A stretch of DNA of 64,000 bases from Candidatus Deferrimicrobium sp. (GTDB lineage Bacteria > Desulfobacterota > Deferrimicrobia > Deferrimicrobiales > Deferrimicrobiaceae). Shown in pieces: positions 57,704-64,000 of the stretch. A model generated the notes under the pieces. The model searched no databases, was not told the origin of the DNA, and worked only from the letters and a program-made list of their open reading frames with translations. Position numbers and translations under genes: made by a program. The DNA lies in assembly GCF_036396855.1 (NCBI RefSeq), contig NZ_DASWKA010000067.1:357-64356 (forward strand), written 5' to 3'. Each line of letters begins with the position of its first letter. Positions within the stretch are counted from its first letter, which is position 1.

Positions 57704-57907
57704 TCAGTGGGACATGTCGCCTTCGCGGAAATATTCGATCAGCGCGCGCTCCACCACGAGGTCCCGCGGCACGCGGCAATTGCGGCAGAACTCCTTCAGC
57801 TGATCGGCCAGCGCCGCCGGCAGCATCACCGTCACCGATACCGGTTCCCTCTCCCCGTTTCCCGTCTCCCCGCCCGTCCTTCCGCCCATGACGTTTCCTT
57901 TCATCAA
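57704..57907 (-). CDS. ribbon-helix-helix (CopG-like) protein
   Basis: 67 aa. VSVTVMLPAALADQLKEFCRNCRVPRDLVVERALIEYF fits the beta-alpha-alpha RHH pattern. An aggagg RBS lies 8-11 nt before the TTG/ATG. It is 4 nt after the livF-like stop. Confidence 0.65.
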   Translation of the reverse strand: MMKGNVMGGRTGGETGNGEREPVSVTVMLPAALADQLKEFCRNCRVPRDLVVERALIEYFREGDMSH

Positions 57908-57911
57908 GAGG

Positions 57912-58685
57912 CTAGCCTCCTGGGGTTCCTTCGCCGATCGTCTCCCCGGGGGATTCCCCCGGCCGGAAATGCCGGTACAGCAGAGAAACCAGTTCCTTCG
58001 CGTCGGCGACGTCCGACCGCGTTCCCTCGTGAACCAGGGAGCCGTTCCGGAAAATGACGTGCCGGTCGAGGAGCCGGTACGCCCCTTCCGCGTCGTGCTC
58101 GGCGAAGACGATCGTCGCCCGTCCCTTCAATGTACCTTCGATCACGGAGAGAAGCCGGTCGCGGACATCGCGGGAGAGCCCGAGGAACGGCTCGTCCATC
58201 AGGAGGAGCGTCGGCTCCGCAACAAGCGCCCGCCCGAGGATCAGCATCTGGCGCTCTCCTCCCGAGAGCACCCCGGCGGGGGAGCCCGCCTTCTCCTCCA
58301 GGGCGGGGAAGAGGGAGAACACGCGGTCGCGCGCCGCGCTCCATCGGGAGGGGGGAAGGAGCCACGCCCCGGCCTCGAGGTTCTCGAGGACGGTCATCCG
58401 CGTCGCCACCCGCGACCGGTCGGATACGTACCGCATCCCGCGCGCGGCCCGTTCATGGGCCGGAAGCGCCGTCACGTCCTCGCCCCGCCATGCGACCTTT
58501 CCCCCCGTGGCCGGGATCAGTCCCGCCACCGCCTTGAGGAAGGTCGTCTTTCCCGAGCCGTTCGCGCCGAAGATCGCCACCGTCTCCCCCTCCCGCACCG
58601 TGAGGGAGACGTCGCGCACCGCCACCACCTGCCCGAAGGCGACGGTGAGGCCGCGCACCTTCAGTATGGACGTCCCGCCGGGCAC
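57912..58685 (-). CDS. ABC transporter ATP-binding protein (LivF-like)
   Basis: Walker A GANGSGKTT, signature LSGGERQ, Walker B LLLMDEP. Confidence 0.85.
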   Translation of the reverse strand: MPGGTSILKVRGLTVAFGQVVAVRDVSLTVREGETVAIFGANGSGKTTFLKAVAGLIPATGGKVAWRGEDVTALPAHERAARGMRYVSDRSRVATRMTVLENLEAGAWLLPPSRWSAARDRVFSLFPALEEKAGSPAGVLSGGERQMLILGRALVAEPTLLLMDEPFLGLSRDVRDRLLSVIEGTLKGRATIVFAEHDAEGAYRLLDRHVIFRNGSLVHEGTRSDVADAKELVSLLYRHFRPGESPGETIGEGTPGG

Positions 58686-59374
58686 TATAAGGTCCTCTCC
58701 CGCACGATCCGCCCCTCCTCGAGCACGAGGATGCGCCTGCAGAGGCTTTTCAGCAGCGGCGGATTATGGGAGACCAGCAGGAACGCCGTCCCCTCGTCGC
58801 GGTTCTCCGCGCGCAGAAGCGCCGTCAGGTCCCCCTCGTCGGCGGCCGAGAGGGCGGAGAAGATCTCGTCGAGGATCAGCAGCTTCGGCCGGCACGCCAG
58901 TCCCCGCGCGAACTCGAGGCGGCGGAGGCACCCTTGGGACAGCCGGGCGCACGGCACGAACCGCTGGTCGAACAGTCCCGTCCGGGCGAGGAGGTCCTCG
59001 ACCGGTCCCTCCCCGTCCTCCCGCGTCCCTCCCACTTCCTTCCGTTTCCCTGCGTTGGCGGCGAGAGCGACGCGCACCGCTTCGCGTACCGAGAGGGCGG
59101 GGTACGGGTGCGGGATCTGGAAGGTCCGCGCGATGCCGAGCCGGTACCGGGCGTCGAGCGGCAGCCGCGTGATCTCCTTCCCGTCGAACCGGACCGTGCC
59201 CGCGTCCGGGAGAAGAAGGCCCGAGAGGATGTTGACGAGCGTGGTTTTCCCCGATCCGTTCGGGCCGAAGAGCCCTACCGGTTCCCCCGGGGCGACCGAC
59301 AGGGCGATCCCGGAGAGGACGCGCGTGGGACCGAACGATATCGCGATCCCATCCGCCGACAGCAGCGCGTTCAC
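58685..59374 (-). CDS. ABC transporter ATP-binding protein (LivG-like)
   Basis: The GTG overlaps the permease stop (GTGA). Walker A GPNGSGKTT, degenerate signature LSQGCLR, Walker B LLILDE. Confidence 0.8.
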   Translation of the reverse strand: MNALLSADGIAISFGPTRVLSGIALSVAPGEPVGLFGPNGSGKTTLVNILSGLLLPDAGTVRFDGKEITRLPLDARYRLGIARTFQIPHPYPALSVREAVRVALAANAGKRKEVGGTREDGEGPVEDLLARTGLFDQRFVPCARLSQGCLRRLEFARGLACRPKLLILDEIFSALSAADEGDLTALLRAENRDEGTAFLLVSHNPPLLKSLCRRILVLEEGRIVRERTL

Positions 59375-60384
59375 GGTGCTCCCTCCCCGTTCCGGCTCCG
59401 GCCGCGGCGGCGCGGGGACCGCCCCCCTTCCTTCCCGCCGTGCCGCGAGGCCAGGTCCCTCGCGGTTCCCGCGACTCCCCCGGGGAAAAACCGCAAGGTG
59501 AGCAGCAGGGTCAGCGCGTAGAGCAGGACCCGCTCCGTTGGGGGCAGGGATAGCCCCTGGAAGAGGAGATGGAGGGCCAGCGCGGCGACGACGGGACCCA
59601 CGATCGTCCCGCGCCCCCCCACGGCGGCGAACGTGGCGGCCTGGAAGGAGAGCTCGAGGGAGAGATCGGTCGCCGTGGCGCGCCCGACGTGGAGGGCGAA
59701 GCCGGCTCCCGCCGCTCCCGCGAAGGCGGATCCGACGGCGAACGCGAGCCGCTTGAACCGGGCGATCGGGACCCCCGAAGCCTGGGCCGTGATCGGGGAC
59801 CCGGCGACCGCGCGCAGGATGAGCCCCGCCTCCGAGCGCAGGAAGCGCAGCATGCCGAAGGAGGCGAGACAGAGGAAGGCGAGGGCGGCGTAATACGATG
59901 CGAACGGGGAGGCGTCCCGCCACGGAAGCGCCACCGGGATCCCGCCCTCGCCGCCCCATGCGTACCCTCCCGGCCCGGAGAAGAAGGTCTGCCCGACGGC
60001 CGCCTCGTGCGCGATCTCGCCCAGCGCGAGGGTGAGCAGCGCCACGAACGGTCCGGCCAGCGGCGCCGAGAGCGCCCCGATCCCCGCGCCCACGGCGGCG
60101 GCCAGCAGGACCGCCGCCCCCACCGCCAGGGGAAGCGGCCACCCCGCGAAGCTCGTGAGCAGCGCGCAGGCGTACGCCGCCGCCCCGAAGGGGAGGGCGT
60201 GACCGAGCGTGACCTGCCCCGAGACGCCGCCGACCACGTCCCACGACGCCGCGAACGCGGCCAGCAGGAACCCGGTCGTGAAAACGTCGAGGAAGAAGGC
60301 GTCCGGGGAGGAAAGCGGGAAGAGCAGGAGCAGCCCGATCCCGGCCGCCAGCCAGCCCCCCCGGAATGTGGCCGCGTTCCTCAA
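59371..60384 (-). CDS. branched-chain amino acid ABC transporter permease (LivM-like)
   Basis: The TTG overlaps the livH-like stop (TTGA). Polytopic, with SGQVTLGHALPFGAAAY and GGRGTIVGPVV. The upstream part of the 715-aa track ORF is discarded. Confidence 0.8.
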   Translation of the reverse strand: MRNAATFRGGWLAAGIGLLLLFPLSSPDAFFLDVFTTGFLLAAFAASWDVVGGVSGQVTLGHALPFGAAAYACALLTSFAGWPLPLAVGAAVLLAAAVGAGIGALSAPLAGPFVALLTLALGEIAHEAAVGQTFFSGPGGYAWGGEGGIPVALPWRDASPFASYYAALAFLCLASFGMLRFLRSEAGLILRAVAGSPITAQASGVPIARFKRLAFAVGSAFAGAAGAGFALHVGRATATDLSLELSFQAATFAAVGGRGTIVGPVVAALALHLLFQGLSLPPTERVLLYALTLLLTLRFFPGGVAGTARDLASRHGGKEGGRSPRRRGRSRNGEGAP

Positions 60385-61244
60385 TCCCGCCGCCCGGCCG
60401 GCGCCACGATTCCCGCGGGGCGCGCCGAAAGGAGCAGGCAGACGGCGACGAGCAGGGCGACGTACGACCACTGGGGGGAGAGGAACCAGGCGCACGCGTT
60501 TCCGAAGATGCCCAGGCCGATCGAGAGGAGGAAGATCGCCCCCACGGAGTCCATCCCGGCGACGATCACGACGACGAGGGAGAGCAGGAGCGGCGCGCGC
60601 CCCATCGTCGGCGTCACCGCTTCCGAAGGGGAGAGGAGGGCGCCCGCCGCCGCCGCCATCGCGCAGGCGCCGCCGAACGTCAGGTACCGGATCGCCTCGA
60701 CGTCCATCCCGAGCGAGCAGGCGATCTCCTCGTCCTCGGCGATCAGGCGAAGCGGCAGTCCCGGGCGGGCCGAGAGAACCCATTTCAGTCCCCCCAGCAG
60801 CGCCGCGGAGGAGAGGAACGCGATCACCCCCCACCGCCGAAGGACGAGGCCGCCCGGACCGATCCACGGGGCGCCCGCTTCGATCGAGAGGGGGTACGGG
60901 CCCCAGATCCTCTGCGCCGCCTGCTCGAACAGGAGGGCGCACGCGAGGGTCCCCACCGGCAGGGCGAACGGGTGGCTCCGGACCGGGTTGACGAAACTCT
61001 TGCCGAGGAAGACGCCGAAGGCGAAGGCGATGACGGCGGCGAGCGGCGCCGCGGCGAGCGGGCTTCCGACCCCCCGTCCGGCGAGCGCGTAGGCGACGTA
61101 GGCCCCCAGCGTGAAGAAGGCCCCGTGGGAAAGGTTGATCACCTTTACCACTCCGAGGATCAGCGCCATTCCCGCCGCCATCAAGGCGTACGCCCCCCCG
61201 GCGAAGAGGCCGTCGAGGAGCACCTGGAGAAGAGGGGACTGCAC
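60381..61244 (-). CDS. branched-chain amino acid ABC transporter permease (LivH-like)
   Basis: The GTG overlaps the SBP stop by 1 nt. Contains LLQVLLDGLFAGGAYALMAAGMALILGVVKVINLSHGAFFTLGAY and AEDEEIACSLG. Confidence 0.8.
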   Translation of the reverse strand: MQSPLLQVLLDGLFAGGAYALMAAGMALILGVVKVINLSHGAFFTLGAYVAYALAGRGVGSPLAAAPLAAVIAFAFGVFLGKSFVNPVRSHPFALPVGTLACALLFEQAAQRIWGPYPLSIEAGAPWIGPGGLVLRRWGVIAFLSSAALLGGLKWVLSARPGLPLRLIAEDEEIACSLGMDVEAIRYLTFGGACAMAAAAGALLSPSEAVTPTMGRAPLLLSLVVVIVAGMDSVGAIFLLSIGLGIFGNACAWFLSPQWSYVALLVAVCLLLSARPAGIVAPAGRRD

Positions 61245-62452
61245 TAGCGCGGGGGGAAGACGATCCGGGCGCCGCCGCGTTCCCAGCGGACGAAAGTCCC
61301 CCGCAGGGCCTCGGGGGCGGACCCCCAATAGGCCTGATGGGCGGCGTCGAATCGGTACGTTCCGGCGACGCCGGGGAACGCTCCGCTCTCGAGAACGGGA
61401 ACGACGACGGCGGACGCCACGCTCCCCGCCTTGCGCCAGGCGGCCACGAGCACCGTGACGGCGTCGAAGGGAAGCGTGTCGCTGTAACCGACGGGCGGCG
61501 CCCCGTACCGCTGTTCATACAGCTCCACGTACGCCGTGGCGGAGGGGGAGATGCCCCGCCACGCGGCGGCCTGCACGTAGACCGGCGCGGAGAGCGGAAC
61601 GGAGGCGGCCAGTCGCGCGTCCCCCAGCGCTCCTCCGACGGAAAGCGCAGGGAGCGCGGGCGCCGACTCGCGCAGCCGCTTCAGGAAGGAGACGGAGTTC
61701 CGTCCCGGGTCGGCGAGAATCACGATGTCGGGAGAGGCGGCCGCCGCGGCGACCGCGACGGTGTCGAATGCCGGGTTCCCCGGGCTGTAGAAGGCGGTGT
61801 AGACCGGCTTGATCCCCCGCGTTGCGGCGATCCGCTCGAGCGTCTCCCCGAGTTCCCGGTTCCAGCGGATCCCGGCGCCGACGAACGCGTACCGGCCGAC
61901 CTTCCTGTCCGACAGGAAGGCGGCGATCATCTCCGCCCATTGGGGGAGCGAGTATCCAACCCGGAAGACGTACCGGTACCGGTCGTACTCCTGCCGCACC
62001 TTGTCGGTGATCTCCGCGGTGGCGGCAACGGGGACGATGAGCACCATCCGCTCCGCGGCCGCGACCTCCATCACTCCGACGGTTTCCTCGGACAGGTACG
62101 CCCCCACCAGGGCGGAGACCTTCTCCCTGGAAACCAGTCGCAGCGCCTCCGACTTCGCCACGTCCACGCGTCCCTGCGTGTCGCCGACGACGATCGTCAC
62201 CCGTCGTCCGGAGACCCCCCCTTCGGCGTTGGCCTTCTCTACGGCGAGGGTCGCGGCCTGCAGGAACGATGTCCCACCCGCCGCGTACGGGCCGGAGAGC
62301 GGGGCCAGCACCCCGATCTTCAGGGTGTCCGAACGCCCGGCGGCGACGCAGGGAGCCGCGAAAAAAGCGGGGGAAAAAAAATGAAGGAACAGCGCCGCGG
62401 TTCCGATGAGAATACGGGGAAGACGAAGAAGGGATCCGGAGTCAACCGTCAC
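61244..62452 (-). CDS. ABC transporter substrate-binding protein (type I PBP, Leu/Ile/Val-binding family)
   Basis: GTG 62452 has a gggaggg RBS and yields a signal peptide. The mature part LKIGVLAPLSGPYAAGG..AATLAVEKANAEGGV.GRRV is typical. The track start 62509 is an alternative. Confidence 0.8.
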   Translation of the reverse strand: MTVDSGSLLRLPRILIGTAALFLHFFSPAFFAAPCVAAGRSDTLKIGVLAPLSGPYAAGGTSFLQAATLAVEKANAEGGVSGRRVTIVVGDTQGRVDVAKSEALRLVSREKVSALVGAYLSEETVGVMEVAAAERMVLIVPVAATAEITDKVRQEYDRYRYVFRVGYSLPQWAEMIAAFLSDRKVGRYAFVGAGIRWNRELGETLERIAATRGIKPVYTAFYSPGNPAFDTVAVAAAAASPDIVILADPGRNSVSFLKRLRESAPALPALSVGGALGDARLAASVPLSAPVYVQAAAWRGISPSATAYVELYEQRYGAPPVGYSDTLPFDAVTVLVAAWRKAGSVASAVVVPVLESGAFPGVAGTYRFDAAHQAYWGSAPEALRGTFVRWERGGARIVFPPR

Positions 62453-62534
62453 GTTCCGCCCTCCCGAAGCGGTGGGATCGTCGGAGGAATGCGGCTTCAA
62501 CTGTAGCATAAATCAGGAGAATTTTATCTTCCCC

Positions 62535-62707
62535 CGAGGGGTGTCCCGTGGTATCCTCTCCCGGATTGCACAGAGGGGAACATTCCTGCCAGGGGGGACA
62601 TACCTGGCAGTGGGGGACACTCCTGATTCTTTCGACGAGAAAACCAGGAATGTCCCCCCTCATGGGGAGGTGTGTCCCCCACTGCGGGAAGGAGTGTCCT
62701 CCCACTG
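62535..62707. repeat. G-family REP-like element, composite copy
   Basis: Contains ggggaacattcctgcc, ggggacatacctgg, the hairpin gggggacactcctg..caggaatgtccccc, and two gg(a/t)gtgtcc(t/c)cccactg units. Confidence 0.75.
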
Positions 62708-62741
62708 TTCCTCTGCCTTGAATGGAGAAGTATTTTATAAG

Positions 62742-63635
62742 ATGAAGCGGCTTCTGACATTCCTTGCCGCGCTCGCCGTGCTCGCGGCGGTTCCCGCCGT
62801 CTCCCTTGCGGACGGCACGCACTTGGTCCGGAAAGGGGACACGCTGGGGAAGATCGCGCGCGCCCACCGCGTCTCCGTCTCGAAGATCCAGGCGGCGAAC
62901 GGTCTCGAGGGGACCCGTCTCTTGGTGGGGACGAAGCTCGTCCTTCCCGGCGGCAAGGCGCATTCGAAGCGCCGCAAGGCCCGCTCCGGAAAGAACCGGC
63001 GGGTGAACGTGCGCAAGGCGACACCCGCGGAAGAGCCTCGGGTCGGTGCGCATCTCTCCCACGCCGACCCGCAAGGATCCACGCTGCACACCGGAACGTG
63101 GACGCCTCCCACCGAAAGCGAGCTCGCCGAGCTGGCCCGGGGGCCGGCGAAGACGGCGGGTGGCACGCTCCCGGAGGTCGCCGCACACCCGGCCGCCGCC
63201 ACGGACCCGAACGCCACGGACGCCTCGAAAGGGGACGAGTCGATCAAGCGCCGCCTCCTGCGCGTCGCCCGGGGGATGCTCGCCGTCCCGTACCGGTTCG
63301 GCGGCACCACTCTCTGGGGACTGGACTGCTCCGGCTTCGTGCAGAAGGCGTTCGCCTTCCTCGACCTCGGTCTGCCGCGTACCGCCCGCGAACAGTTCCG
63401 GGAAGGGGTAACGGTTACGAAGGCGGAGCTCTCGGCGGGCGACCTGGTCTTCTTCCGAACCCGCGCGAAATACGCCTCCCACGTTGGGATCTACCTCGGG
63501 GACAACCGGTTCATCCACGCATCGGCGCACGACCGGAAGGTCACGATCGACCACCTCGACGAGCCCTACTACAGGAAGCACTACCTCGGCGCCAAGCGCC
63601 TCCTCGCCGAAGGGATGGAAGCGCCCGCAGAATAG
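62742..63635 (+). CDS. LysM domain plus NlpC/P60 (C40) peptidoglycan hydrolase
   Basis: Signal peptide. LysM (HLVRKGDTLGKIARAHRVSVSKIQAANGL..LLVGTKLVLP). C40 catalytic block YRFGGTTLWGLDCSGFVQ...HVGIYLG..FIHAS. Confidence 0.85.
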   Translation: MKRLLTFLAALAVLAAVPAVSLADGTHLVRKGDTLGKIARAHRVSVSKIQAANGLEGTRLLVGTKLVLPGGKAHSKRRKARSGKNRRVNVRKATPAEEPRVGAHLSHADPQGSTLHTGTWTPPTESELAELARGPAKTAGGTLPEVAAHPAAATDPNATDASKGDESIKRRLLRVARGMLAVPYRFGGTTLWGLDCSGFVQKAFAFLDLGLPRTAREQFREGVTVTKAELSAGDLVFFRTRAKYASHVGIYLGDNRFIHASAHDRKVTIDHLDEPYYRKHYLGAKRLLAEGMEAPAE

Positions 63636-63870
63636 CCGCTTCTCCGCAGGGGGGCTCCCCGCTCGCATCCGACCGCACGGTTCCCCGGCTTCTTCCAGCG
63701 AACGTGCCCAGCATTAATCTCTCAGTGTTCTCTCAATATCCATCGACCCCAGATAGCGTTTCTCCCCAAAAAGCGCGAGGTCTCCGCCGGTTCCACACTT
63801 ACGGTCTCCGCTCGGGGGACCCCCCTGCGTCGTGCGCTCCGAAGTGCGGGCGCCCGTCCTGCGTCACCAG

Positions 63871-64000
63871 CGACACCAGCCACAGAGCGGTGTTCTCGGC
63901 GAGTGGTACGTCAGAGGAGAGTCACTTTGAGGTGCAGGCGCTTTCAGGGGACATACCTGGTGTAAACCCGGGAAGCAGGGAAGGTGTGTCCCCTGCCCAC
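63871..64000 (+). repeat. G-family REP-like element, long copy (truncated by window end)
   Basis: cgacaccagccacagagcggtgtt...gaggtgcaggcgctttcaggggacatacctggtgtaaacccgggaagcagggaaggtgtgtcc. Colinear with 8010-8176 and 11451-11533. Confidence 0.75.

Noticed and set aside
57704-57907. RHH protein as the antitoxin of a type II toxin-antitoxin pair.
   Set aside because: No toxin-sized ORF is adjacent on either side. The downstream neighbour is a non-coding B-family repeat and the upstream neighbour is the ABC ATPase.

Overview
GC-rich bacterial chromosomal window, densely coding. The gene content (mglBA, sigma-54 activator, GlgE pathway) suggests a Deltaproteobacteria/Myxococcota-like lineage, but that is inference only. 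No CRISPR array, transposase, integrase, prophage or recognisable defence system was found. The centre (16.7-44.9 kb) is a trehalose/alpha-glucan and osmoadaptation supercluster. It holds a marR / membrane-sensor-fused otsA / unknown tandem-repeat protein / treT-like operon, then ClC, CPA2 and MscS channels. Next comes a tightly coupled glgE / treS-maltokinase / malQ / glgB / treZ / GH57 / treY operon, a further (alpha/alpha)6 glycosidase, and otsB. Other content: envelope and stress genes (PAP2, CsbD, CpxP/Spy-like), acyl-CoA dehydrogenase with a MerR regulator, and a PAS sigma-54 activator beside a sigma-54 promoter. Also present are folE, an ECF sigma module, tadA, cls, tRNA-Ser(CGA), SRP RNA followed by dnaX-ybaB-recR, and a two-gene fused 2-oxoacid:ferredoxin oxidoreductase with a TRAP transporter. 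The right end carries mglBA, a UbiU/UbiV-like U32 pair, a Liv-type ABC transporter and a LysM-NlpC/P60 hydrolase. Most interesting observations: (1) a GT20 trehalose-6-P synthase fused to a two-TM sensor and HAMP-like linker; (2) the same 8-1-8 AT-rich palindrome in front of both the marR-otsA operon and the glgE operon, suggesting one regulon; (3) three families of non-coding repeats, including a perfect 30-nt unit present three times in the glgE divergent promoter region and a structured element always sitting just downstream of transcription units; (4) an A9 slippery run in dnaX with early stops in both alternative frames. Many long ORFs in the supplied track are alternate-frame artefacts of high GC and were not called.
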